Positions 53,542-62,956 of a stretch of DNA of 64,000 nucleotides are shown here, piece by piece (the stretch's first letter is position 1; every line of letters starts with the position of its first letter). A program made the position numbers and the translations under genes. The notes under the pieces were generated by a model. That model did no database searches, had not been told where the DNA came from, and saw only the letters and a program-made list of their open reading frames with translations. This DNA comes from Methanoregula sp. PtaU1.Bin051 (GTDB lineage: Archaea; Halobacteriota; Methanomicrobia; Methanomicrobiales; Methanospirillaceae): the NCBI GenBank assembly GCA_002067895.1, contig MVRE01000007.1, forward strand, positions 9,149 through 73,148. The letters run 5' to 3'.

Positions 53542-55302
53542 TCAATAGGTCAGCACCATGTAGGCCATCGCGGTTGTCAGGAAGGCAAACAACAGGATTA
53601 CGACTGCGACAGGAAGCATGAACCCCATCATGCCGTTTACCGTCGACGCGATCTGGGAGATCCTCTGCGAACCAAAGATTACGATATCGCGGCACCATGC
53701 AGTAGCACCGCCTGACCGGGCGGGGGAGGCGTCTGCAAGGGCCGCAAGGACGGTTTCCTTAACATACGGATAGAATTCATCGAGCGGGACGGCGAGGCCC
53801 ACCTGGTTTTTCCCCGAGACAGTATTAACGACGTGCGTATCAGTTGTCAGGATCTCGCATTCACCGACATGTTCAAGCAGCCGTTTCCGGAGCTCGTCAC
53901 GGACACCGGTCTGCATATTATTGCCGTCAAAGAGGACGTAGGCTGTTGTCTGTCCGGCTGAACAAATTGCCAGCACCTGGACACCGAGATCGCCGAATCC
54001 CTGCTGCCGGGTGAACGGGAGGTGCCGCTCAGCATACCCTGCGCTGAATCTTTGCTGTTCCTTTTCTGCGGTCGCCGCAAGCGCAACCTCGCTTGCCCCG
54101 ATATATTCCATCGCAAGGTCCGTTGCCGGGCTAACGCCGGGCTCAAGGCTGCTCATGCAGTTGTGGGCATCGACAAACCCCACGTTGTCATAAAACCGCA
54201 GGCCCGATTTCATGATGGCAAGCCCGATGGAAAAATCGAGGTCCTCTGTAACCTCCGGCGATCGTGTTGCGACAAGGAGGATCGTGTCGCCGAACGCCTG
54301 CGCAAGCACTTCGACGGAACCGCACCGGTACCTGCCGGGACCGGTGCAGGTATCGTTCGAAACGGAAGCAGGCAGCCCCTGCATGACAGCCCCGTGAAGT
54401 TTCTTCACCTCTACCTCATCGACCGGGTTGAAGTCATGGGTCGCGCTGCCGTGGAAGACCATCGAGTTTCTGCCAAGCAGCCCATGGAGGATCTTCGGCA
54501 TGTTGCTCCCCCCGATCTCGCCCAGCGGGCCCGGGTGGACGTTGGGGATGGTAACCACGATCCCGTCTTTTCCGTTGCGTTCGAAGAACAGGGAGACCTG
54601 CGGGACGACTACCCGCTCGCCGATGCTCCGGAAGTAATCGTCCAGCTTCCTGCTGCCTTCCGAGAGATGCGCCAGAAAAGCATTTGCCAGCTCGAGGGGG
54701 CCTACATGGAAATTGGCCTTCATCGGGCGCTCGATTACAATGATGAAGAGCAGTACCCCAACGGCAAAACTGATATGGAGCAGGGAGCAGAGCAGCAGGA
54801 AATGAACTCCCAGATACGGGGCTGAACCAGCCGTGGCAATCCCGGAGTGGAGGAGTGCCGGCACAATGACCCGTGATAGCCGGAAATCTACGACAGCGGC
54901 AAGGAGCAGCATCCGGAACGCGAAGACAAAAGCGAGGGAGATTGCAAAAAAGAGGGGGAACGACCAGCTGATGAGCAGGATCGGGGAGAGGGAGATAAAA
55001 AGCGAGATCACAAGCCCGAGTAATGCCGTAAGCCCGGACCATTCGTACGTGAGCTTCCCCTTAAAGACCCGCATCAGGCGCGGCGTGAGTGCAAGCGCGA
55101 TGACAGCCGGCAGGAGATAGGCAAGGACGGGAAAGAGGCTGACGTCTTCGACGTCACCGCCCTTACCCAGTATTACCATGATCTCGACACAGCCGGACAG
55201 GAGCAGGATGATCGCAAATGACTTTACCCATGACGGGGTCGTGACAATGTATTTCGACAACGATTCCAGCCTGAGATCCATTTCGCCCGACATTTTTAGC
55301 AC
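53542..55302 (-). CDS. large archaeal membrane protein (DUF2070-like)
   Basis: About 6-7 N-terminal TM helices, a soluble ~300-aa domain and C-terminal TM helices; 586 aa. Family recalled from memory. Confidence 0.5.
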   Translation of the reverse strand: MLKMSGEMDLRLESLSKYIVTTPSWVKSFAIILLLSGCVEIMVILGKGGDVEDVSLFPVLAYLLPAVIALALTPRLMRVFKGKLTYEWSGLTALLGLVISLFISLSPILLISWSFPLFFAISLAFVFAFRMLLLAAVVDFRLSRVIVPALLHSGIATAGSAPYLGVHFLLLCSLLHISFAVGVLLFIIVIERPMKANFHVGPLELANAFLAHLSEGSRKLDDYFRSIGERVVVPQVSLFFERNGKDGIVVTIPNVHPGPLGEIGGSNMPKILHGLLGRNSMVFHGSATHDFNPVDEVEVKKLHGAVMQGLPASVSNDTCTGPGRYRCGSVEVLAQAFGDTILLVATRSPEVTEDLDFSIGLAIMKSGLRFYDNVGFVDAHNCMSSLEPGVSPATDLAMEYIGASEVALAATAEKEQQRFSAGYAERHLPFTRQQGFGDLGVQVLAICSAGQTTAYVLFDGNNMQTGVRDELRKRLLEHVGECEILTTDTHVVNTVSGKNQVGLAVPLDEFYPYVKETVLAALADASPARSGGATAWCRDIVIFGSQRISQIASTVNGMMGFMLPVAVVILLFAFLTTAMAYMVLTY

Positions 55303-55368
55303 CGGTCTTCCATCGTCCGGATAATTTTCCGGTTAAAACAAGCCACGTCCCCGCAGTTCATAGCACAT

Positions 55369-56484
55369 CTATCCGCCAAAAGAGATGTTTTCTGCCGGGG
55401 CAGCCTGACCGGCATCCTCTTCAAAGAGGTGGCTGACGCCAAGGAGGACATTGATCTTCTTTAAGTCGTCGCTGCTCTGGAACACGATCATCACAAGGAG
55501 CGTGATCGGGACGGAAAAGAACATGCCGAGAACACCCAGGAGCCATCCCCATAAGATCACCGATAAGAGCACGATGATTGCAGGGACTTCGAACCTGCGG
55601 GAGGCGAGGCAGGAGAAGACCGGGTTCTCGACGACAAGGTTAAGAACGCAGACAATCGCGATTACCGCAACCGCTCCCCAGATGCCGAACTGGATATAGG
55701 CAAAGAGGATTGCCGGTATGGCGGCGAGAATCAGCCCGATATAGGGGATATAGCAGAGCAGAAATGTCAGGAGGCCCCAGACCGGTGCGGCATGGACTCC
55801 CATGAGCCAGAGCGATCCGCCAAAGAGCATGCCATGGGCGAAGTTGGTCTCGGTGCGCACGATCATGAAGTCGATGATATACCGGCTCATCCGTGAGACC
55901 TGGACCATCTTTTCCGGGCTGCCTCTCATGACCTTTGCGAGCCGTGCCGGAATTTTTGGGGCTTCGAGAAGAAGGAAGAAGGTGGCAACCCCGATGAAGA
56001 ACAGGTACAGGACGGACTCGCCGATCGTCATGATCGAAGAGAGGATTATCTGGAAAATGTTTGTCAGGTTAAGCGCGGGAAGCGTTATTGTCCCGGCATT
56101 CAGACCCCCGCTCCTGCTGATAAAGGAAGAGATCTCCGCAATCCTCATGTCAAGCTGCGCCTGGTACTGCGGGAGGTCGTGCATCAGGACTGAAAGCGAC
56201 CAGAACGCCATCAGGATAAGTGCAAGGACACAGAGGCATGCCGCGATGGTGATCAACGTTACGGCAGTAAGATCGGAAAGCCCCTTCTTCTTCAGCCAGT
56301 CCATTGCCGGAAGCAGCATGAGAGTTAAGATTACCGAGAGGAGAAAGATGTTGACAACATATGCCATCATCCGGATACCGAGGATGATGATGATAAAAAG
56401 CGCGATATAGATAACGATCCTGTCGACCCGTTTTCCCGTATCCGGAACCATGCTGTACCGTATCAAGGAGGTATTATCATACAA
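55369..56484 (-). CDS. AI-2E family (PerM/UPF0118) transporter
   Basis: 8-TM pattern and a conserved C-terminal IPYIG...GF..VP-like region. Confidence 0.8.
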   Translation of the reverse strand: MYDNTSLIRYSMVPDTGKRVDRIVIYIALFIIIILGIRMMAYVVNIFLLSVILTLMLLPAMDWLKKKGLSDLTAVTLITIAACLCVLALILMAFWSLSVLMHDLPQYQAQLDMRIAEISSFISRSGGLNAGTITLPALNLTNIFQIILSSIMTIGESVLYLFFIGVATFFLLLEAPKIPARLAKVMRGSPEKMVQVSRMSRYIIDFMIVRTETNFAHGMLFGGSLWLMGVHAAPVWGLLTFLLCYIPYIGLILAAIPAILFAYIQFGIWGAVAVIAIVCVLNLVVENPVFSCLASRRFEVPAIIVLLSVILWGWLLGVLGMFFSVPITLLVMIVFQSSDDLKKINVLLGVSHLFEEDAGQAAPAENISFGG

Positions 56485-56582
56485 AGCTTATCCTTGGCGT
56501 TTGTAAAACTCCTTCGGATTGCAGCAAATTCATCAGGTTACCTGATCAAGATTCTGTACTACTCTGGCTCTCTCCACCTCGT

Positions 56583-57083
56583 ATGTCAGCTACTGACAAT
56601 GAAACACGGTCATCACGATATGAACAGGAGTCCGACCGGATCCGGCAGTTCTTCATCCGGCCGTTCTTCCTCTCGGTCACGATCGGCATCCCGTTCTGCA
56701 TGTACAAGTTCCTCTGCGGGATTGCGGCTGTCCGGATCGGCTCTCCGGACAGTTCCCTGCTCGTTGCCGCAGGGTGGCTGGTAGTTGCATGGGCGGTAGT
56801 GGATCTCAGCATGAATGCCGGGCGGGCGGTCCTCGATATTGCCGCAAAAAAGGCCCCGTTTGAGTACTGCATGATCGCGCAGCTGGGGCAACTCCTGCGG
56901 ATGCCGATGGTCTTTCTTGCACTGGACACGCTGCTTTCCTTCTCCATCATCTGCTTCATGCTCTGGTCGGGGTGGATAGCAACGCTTACTCCGGCAGAAT
57001 CATATCTATGGTACGGGGCAACAACCCTGAACCTGATCAGTCTCTCGGTCGTCTCTCTCTATAACGAGATCCGGAAAGCGTGA
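56583..57083 (+). CDS. hypothetical 4-TM membrane protein
   Basis: Hydrophobic segments only. No family recognised. Confidence 0.4.
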   Translation: MSATDNETRSSRYEQESDRIRQFFIRPFFLSVTIGIPFCMYKFLCGIAAVRIGSPDSSLLVAAGWLVVAWAVVDLSMNAGRAVLDIAAKKAPFEYCMIAQLGQLLRMPMVFLALDTLLSFSIICFMLWSGWIATLTPAESYLWYGATTLNLISLSVVSLYNEIRKA

Positions 57084-57168
57084 GACGGGGCTGAGGGGTA
57101 ATCAAAAATTCTTATGGAGCCGGTTGCAGGAATGTTTCCAAAGGAAAATTTTAAGAAAAAATGATTGT

Positions 57169-58023
57169 CTATACCGGCTGGATGTCCGTATCAGATTTTT
57201 GCCCGGCACTTCCCTGAGAATCAATACCGTTTAATAATACCGGCACGGCAGCGCTTTGGATTTTCCGAATCGAATCCTGCGTCTCACCGGTGATGCTGAT
57301 GTAGTTGGTTCTCCCCTCGCGATCGATTATAACAATCCCTTCGTGCCAGAGTCGTTGTAACCGCCAGCTCATAACCGATGGTGACATACCCACGGCACTT
57401 CCGATCTCATGCTGCGATACATGAGGATGTGTAAGGAGATAGGAAAGGATTGCCCGATCCGGTCCATTTGCGAACCTGCAAGCCACAATTTTGTCGCGAG
57501 AAGAGATCTCGGATCCATTCGGGATGTATCGGGAGAAAATCCCGTCCCTGATACAATGGATTTTCTTTGTATGGGAGAGGACTGCAAGGTGGTAGCGGAG
57601 CGTTCCCCTGTTAATGCCGCACCGGTGTCGGAGGGCATTGAAGTGGATGCCGGGCTCTTCCCTGATGGTGTTGAAGATCTTTGCCCGTGTCGGCTCGCCA
57701 AGAACCGTTTTTTTCGATATGGTACGGAAGCCGAAATATACCCCGAAACCGATACCCCATAAGAAGACGATCTCTGCCGGACGCACCAGTGCCGGCGACA
57801 CTGAGTGGATCAGGTGAAGGAAGAGATCACCGGGCCTCATCTGCCAGCGGGGAACCGGTATGCCATTGGCATGGACCCCGAAGAGGGGAATAATGACGAG
57901 TTCGAGGAGACAGAAGGCGATGAACAGGATCCAGGCTGCTGAAACGAGGTAACAGCGGATCGGATTTGAGGTGAGATCTCCGCATGATCCGTCGTCGTTG
58001 TTTTCCGGGTCCCTGCGTTCCAT
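57169..58023 (-). CDS. membrane-tethered transcriptional regulator with two winged-HTH domains
   Basis: N-terminal TM helices followed by two wHTH units (TRAKIFNTIREEPGIHFNALRHRCGINRGTLRYHLAVL and RAILSYLLTHPHVSQHEIGSAVGMSPSVMSWRLQRL). ATG at 58023 with a TATA-like box ~25-30 nt upstream. Confidence 0.65.
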   Translation of the reverse strand: MERRDPENNDDGSCGDLTSNPIRCYLVSAAWILFIAFCLLELVIIPLFGVHANGIPVPRWQMRPGDLFLHLIHSVSPALVRPAEIVFLWGIGFGVYFGFRTISKKTVLGEPTRAKIFNTIREEPGIHFNALRHRCGINRGTLRYHLAVLSHTKKIHCIRDGIFSRYIPNGSEISSRDKIVACRFANGPDRAILSYLLTHPHVSQHEIGSAVGMSPSVMSWRLQRLWHEGIVIIDREGRTNYISITGETQDSIRKIQSAAVPVLLNGIDSQGSAGQKSDTDIQPV

Positions 58024-58040
58024 TATGCAAATTTCGCATA
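58024..58040. promoter_or_regulatory. Inverted repeat TATGC-N7-GCATA between the TATA-like box and the regulator ATG
   Basis: Read directly. Candidate autoregulatory site. Confidence 0.25.
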
Positions 58041-58278
58041 AGGTCGTTAATAAATTCTCTGTGCCGGTTGATGATCGGTTATCCGACTCTTCTGGTTCCG
58101 GCACAGAGATCGTTTATGTAACCCCTTCCAGTTCCACATCAGGGGTGCACAACAGAACTGCCCCCTATCCAGGGCAGCAGATACTCACACTCACGAGTGT
58201 CTTGCGCTGCCGGTCACCGGGCCCGGGGCTGATCGTACCTATCCGGCGTCAACTATCCGGGCCACGAGGAGTAAAACC

Positions 58279-58908
58279 ATGAACACACACTTCAGGACAG
58301 GAATGGTCGTTCTCATAACCCTTCTTCTTGCAGCCGCACTTGTCGCTTCAGTGAGTGCGGCTGAGGAACGGGGTGTCGTGAGATCAGACGCAAGTGAAGA
58401 GCAGCTGAAACTGATCAACGAACTCTATGGCAAGGATATCACCGTTCTCGAATATATGGAAAAGGTTCATCCCGAACACCTTGCAGGTATTCCGGATTCG
58501 ATTAAAAAGGACATGGCCGGCCAGAAAATGAACTGGTGGGGAAAAGAACCGGCACCCGGTCAGGAACGTGCCGGCAGAGAGGTGCAGACTGACCGGGCAA
58601 CCGTCTCCGTCTCTGCCACCGGATATACAGCCGATTGGCGAACCATACACTTCTCAGGCACGTGTACTGCATACGGATTATCGAGTCCTCCATGGTACAT
58701 CTATGTAGAAGCATTCCTGATTAACCGGGACACCGGACAGACTGCTGATTCCACCTCGGCAAGTGGACAGAATATATGGTCAGTAACGGCATCGAAGGAT
58801 AAGTATTATCCTGCCAACGGCCGGTATTACGTACATGCATGGGGATACATCCCGACACCGTACTATGCCGAAGACTTCGATGAAACCGGCGTGTTCAGCT
58901 TCCCCTGA
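58279..58908 (+). CDS. secreted hypothetical protein
   Basis: Signal peptide ...LVASVSAAE. AGGAG Shine-Dalgarno-like sequence upstream. No family recognised. Confidence 0.5.
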   Translation: MNTHFRTGMVVLITLLLAAALVASVSAAEERGVVRSDASEEQLKLINELYGKDITVLEYMEKVHPEHLAGIPDSIKKDMAGQKMNWWGKEPAPGQERAGREVQTDRATVSVSATGYTADWRTIHFSGTCTAYGLSSPPWYIYVEAFLINRDTGQTADSTSASGQNIWSVTASKDKYYPANGRYYVHAWGYIPTPYYAEDFDETGVFSFP

Positions 58909-58920
58909 CCCTTTTTTTGT

Positions 58921-60204
58921 ATGAAAAAACAGATTGCGGTAGTCCTACCGGCCCTCATCCTCGGCTGCCTCTTTCTCATTCCGGCGGGTTCCGCGACAGA
59001 AGGCCTGGCCGGAACGGAGACCGTTCTCTTCTCCATTCAGGGAGAGCCAGCCAACCTGATCCTTGATGGCGACCGGCTCTTCTGGCTTCAGGACAGTAAA
59101 TACGTGGATTATTCCGAGAGAGGGATTTATTGCTACAATATCACCGGGAAAACAAGGAAGAGCATCCGCCAGATCCCGGCTCCCTCCGTCAGAGGGACGT
59201 GGACCTTTGGCACACCGGTGATCTCCGGCAACCTTGCCGTATATCCTGAAGGAAAGCCGGTGATGCTGACCAATATTTCCACCGGCCAGACTGTACAGCT
59301 TACGAACCTCCATGATGCAACTCTCCCGGTTACCGGGATCAGGTTCAGCCAGAATCCATGGATCGACGGGGATCGTGTTGTCTGGACAGAACACGAGGAA
59401 GGCACGAACTCTGACATGAAAGGGGGAACGATCGTGCTCTTCAACCTGACAACAGGCAGGGAACAGTACGTTCCCGCCGGTATGCCGGGGAACCAGAGCT
59501 ACCCGAGAATCTCGGGGAATCATCTTATCTGGAGGGACTATCGTCATGAAGGCGAGAATAATCCGGATCTCTATCTCTTCGATCTCATGACCGGGACCGA
59601 GACGCGGCTTACCGGCCCAAAGACGATGAAGGGCATCCCGTATATCCGGGGCGATCATGTGATCTGGGAAGAAAATGTCAACGGGATCGATACTATCGTC
59701 CACTATTCAGTCAGTACCGGGATTCGTTCGGTTGCCGGGCCCGGATGGCCGGGTCAGACTGATGCAATCCCGCCTCTTTCCGGTGACAGGATCGTGTGGA
59801 AGGTATCCAAAAACCCTCTCGACATCCGTGAAGAAGAAAGTGCGATCATGGTCATGGACCTGCGAACCGGTGAGAAGATCCAGCTCACCCCGTTCCGGAA
59901 AGGGCTCTCGTTCCCGATGATTTCCGGTGATCGGATCGTTTACACGCGGGGCGCGGGCGAGGACTGGTCCCGTGAGACGCGGGAGGTCGTGCTTTTTACT
60001 CTCCCCCCGCATCCTGTCACGGTTGGAGATACCGCCATAACCGGGGCCTCTACAGAGAACGAAATCCCCTCTTCCTCTTTATCTGGGAAAAAATCCCTTC
60101 CTCCGGCAACAACGCCGACATCATCCCCGGAGTTCACAGGAATGCTATCGATCGTCAGTCTGGGAACCGGAGCGGTTATCCGGAGGATCAGGAAAAAAGA
60201 TTGA
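58921..60204 (+). CDS. secreted beta-propeller-repeat protein with PEF-CTERM sorting signal
   Basis: Seven G(D/N)xhhW-type repeats (GDRLFW, GDRVVW, GNHLIW, GDHVIW, GDRIVW ...). C-terminus PEF followed by a hydrophobic helix and RRIRKKD. Confidence 0.65.
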   Translation: MKKQIAVVLPALILGCLFLIPAGSATEGLAGTETVLFSIQGEPANLILDGDRLFWLQDSKYVDYSERGIYCYNITGKTRKSIRQIPAPSVRGTWTFGTPVISGNLAVYPEGKPVMLTNISTGQTVQLTNLHDATLPVTGIRFSQNPWIDGDRVVWTEHEEGTNSDMKGGTIVLFNLTTGREQYVPAGMPGNQSYPRISGNHLIWRDYRHEGENNPDLYLFDLMTGTETRLTGPKTMKGIPYIRGDHVIWEENVNGIDTIVHYSVSTGIRSVAGPGWPGQTDAIPPLSGDRIVWKVSKNPLDIREEESAIMVMDLRTGEKIQLTPFRKGLSFPMISGDRIVYTRGAGEDWSRETREVVLFTLPPHPVTVGDTAITGASTENEIPSSSLSGKKSLPPATTPTSSPEFTGMLSIVSLGTGAVIRRIRKKD

Positions 60205-60273
60205 GATCAAAAGAGCAGCGGACTTCCTCATTCAGATAATCCCTCCCTCCATCCGGTACAAAATATCCCCTGA

Positions 60274-61470
60274 TCAGTGCCGGTAATACATCTCCACAAG
60301 GCTTCCGGTCTGTGCATCGACCCATCCTGTCGCCGTGCCCGGCCATTGCTGTGCCCGGAGGATCTCGTCATCGAACTGTACTTTCCACGCAAGCGGGATG
60401 CTTCCGGGCGCCGGAGTGACCTTGTCCGGGTTGTGGAAATCTTTCCACACCAGATTGGCTGACCTGATCCGGAGGCCGGCGACTGATGCCAGGTAGATCC
60501 TTGTCGCCTCCTGCTGCACGGTTTTAATCGCCACCTCTTTTGTTATGGCAGGACTTGCTGACGATGCCACCGCGTTCTCCGGAAGGCTCCATGACTTGCG
60601 GTATTCGACAACACTTCCCGCGACCGAATCGACTGTAAGGGTGAGACCGTCACTATCGCAGGGAATGTCCCTGATGATCCTCTTAAAAACAAAGACGTAC
60701 TTCCCCGCAATCTTTTCCCCGGGCATACCGAGCGGATCCAGCCGTGCCTCGGTCATGGTGATGGGCAGATCGCCATTGTGTTTTTGGATTTCCTTTTCAG
60801 CAATATGCTGTGCGGCATCAAGGGTGATCGACGGGTTTTCAGGGCGGTCTTTGCGTACGATGCCAAAGGCGTACCAGCTCAGATCGCCCGTGTCCGCATT
60901 AAGGCCCCCCTGGACGAGCTGGTTATCGCCGTTTATCAGGGAAAATTCCCAGCCCCTTGCATACTGTGATCCGTCGGAAAATTTCATCTTCACCCGGTCG
61001 GGCGACAATTGCGGGAACGAGGCGCGGGCGAGATCTTTTGCCTGTTCGATGGAGATCTCCGCATTCTCCTGTGCGGGATTATAGTAATCGCCGGTTGTTG
61101 CATCGATGAATATCGTCTCGTTTCGTTCGGCAACTGAGTCCCCGACCGGGATCAGCTCGACTACGTAGAGCGGTTTTCCCGCATACTGGCCGGTCAGGCT
61201 GATACCGGCGATGGAATACTGGTATTCGCTGTAATCCTCCCGTACCAGCGCAGTCACCTGTTTTAGAGAGATTTTTGGCAGTATGTCCGACGGGGTCGTC
61301 GTGCCCGATACGGTTATTTCAGGAGTAGTTCCTGTTGTTCCTGCAGAAATGTTACCGGTTTCTGACCGGGAGTATGGGCTTACCATTAAAGGGTACACGA
61401 TGAAAATACCGGCAGCGATGAGGACAACGGCTGCTGCAGCTGATGCAATAACAAGTTCTCTGTCTCTCAT
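60274..61470 (-). CDS. N-terminally anchored protein with repeated PepSY-like domains
   Basis: TM anchor near the N-terminus. Three or more units of the type I(S/T)xExAxxxA...G...W.V. ATG at 61470 or 61497. Confidence 0.55.
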   Translation of the reverse strand: MRDRELVIASAAAAVVLIAAGIFIVYPLMVSPYSRSETGNISAGTTGTTPEITVSGTTTPSDILPKISLKQVTALVREDYSEYQYSIAGISLTGQYAGKPLYVVELIPVGDSVAERNETIFIDATTGDYYNPAQENAEISIEQAKDLARASFPQLSPDRVKMKFSDGSQYARGWEFSLINGDNQLVQGGLNADTGDLSWYAFGIVRKDRPENPSITLDAAQHIAEKEIQKHNGDLPITMTEARLDPLGMPGEKIAGKYVFVFKRIIRDIPCDSDGLTLTVDSVAGSVVEYRKSWSLPENAVASSASPAITKEVAIKTVQQEATRIYLASVAGLRIRSANLVWKDFHNPDKVTPAPGSIPLAWKVQFDDEILRAQQWPGTATGWVDAQTGSLVEMYYRH

Positions 61471-61480
61471 GAAACCGGCC

Positions 61481-62458
61481 TCACGAAGTTGTTTCATATA
61501 GCAGCATGAGCGCTGAAGGAGCAGGAAGACGGAACGCGAGTGCGCGGGGCGCCTCACCTCCTGTCAGGTGAGAATCCCGGAGTGGTGTCCCGGAAGATTC
61601 GTCCGATTGCCGGATGATCCGGAAGATTGTTGCAGACTGCCCTGATACTGCCGACTGGTCCCATCCGATCTCAAACAGGTATTCGCCAGAGGCGAGTCCT
61701 TCTGTGTCGAGCGTGTATTCCCACCGGTTCTGCAGATCCCCGGTCCGTTCTATCGTGACTTCACCGCTCCTGACCGGTATGCGCGAACCGGTCTTCCCAA
61801 TCACGGCAGTATCTTCAATCCTCGCCGTGATACGGTTTTCCGGTGCGATATTCGTCGTTCCTGAGAACCAGACTCTCTCTCCGGCAACGACCGTGGGGAA
61901 TTCATCGGGGTTCTCGTGCCGGAAGTGGATCGCGGGTTCTTCCACCATGACCATGGCGAGTGTGCACGAGTCGTCAGTACCGCTTCCGGCTATCCCGTCC
62001 CGGACCGTGTCTGCGAGATCCATCGCAGCAGGGATATCCAGAGGGCCACGTTCCCATTCGGACATGCTCGTGCCGTTTTCCCATGCGATACGGATTCTCT
62101 CCATTGACATGCCAGCGCGAAGCGAGTACTGCCGGTCATGCCCGGGATCCTGGACAATGATCATGAGGGGGCCGCTCCTGAAAGATCTCGTCACGTCTCT
62201 CCCCAGTTCCCAGCTGACAGTCCCATCCGGTGCAACCGGTATGGCCTGATATGTGAAGAAGGACGGACCGATCCCCCAGATCGCTACTGAGCCGTTCATC
62301 AAACCGGTGCCGGTGATTGTCAGGGGATCGCCCCTGGCAAGGGCGATGTTCGTGCCTGCCTGAATCTGAATGCCGGCAGTGCATGGGGCGATGATGAGCA
62401 TCAACCCTGTAATGACCAGCGGAATTACAATTTTCTCAGGAAAACTTTTGATTGGCAT
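61481..62458 (-). CDS. secreted hypothetical protein
   Basis: Signal/anchor segment IVIPLVITGLMLIIAPCTA. No family recognised. Confidence 0.5.
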   Translation of the reverse strand: MPIKSFPEKIVIPLVITGLMLIIAPCTAGIQIQAGTNIALARGDPLTITGTGLMNGSVAIWGIGPSFFTYQAIPVAPDGTVSWELGRDVTRSFRSGPLMIIVQDPGHDRQYSLRAGMSMERIRIAWENGTSMSEWERGPLDIPAAMDLADTVRDGIAGSGTDDSCTLAMVMVEEPAIHFRHENPDEFPTVVAGERVWFSGTTNIAPENRITARIEDTAVIGKTGSRIPVRSGEVTIERTGDLQNRWEYTLDTEGLASGEYLFEIGWDQSAVSGQSATIFRIIRQSDESSGTPLRDSHLTGGEAPRALAFRLPAPSALMLLYETTS

Positions 62459-62956
62459 CTCTTTTTCATCCTGGCTTTTGTACCCGGTAGGAAATCGGAT
62501 GACTGCTATAAACGATCTCTGTGACAGAAGCTGAAGAATAACCGGAGTTTGTCATGGCTGGCTGAGACTGCGACAGGTATTCCTGTTGGCATGAAAGCGA
62601 TCAGATGTCAGGATTTTATCAGCGTATATTTTTTCTGCGTTCTGATATACTGCTGGCAATTACTGTTAAAATTGTTATTGGGAAAAAGATTGCGAGAATA
62701 TCCCGGAAAGAATTGATCCAATAGTCTCCGGGTAAACCAGCCGGAAAACCGTCCCATGGAAAATTTTTCTTGTGAAACTTTCCGCGCTAAAAGATTCCCG
62801 TAGAATGAATCATCAAAATTTCCCCATAAATATCGGGTGTAAAAAATTCCGGCTGAATGGAAACCCCCCGGTGAAGATCAAGGACGATGCCATCATCCAT
62901 CTTTCATTGTACGCTGGAACGTGGATCCTGCCACTTTCCCCCGGTCAAGTGTACTA

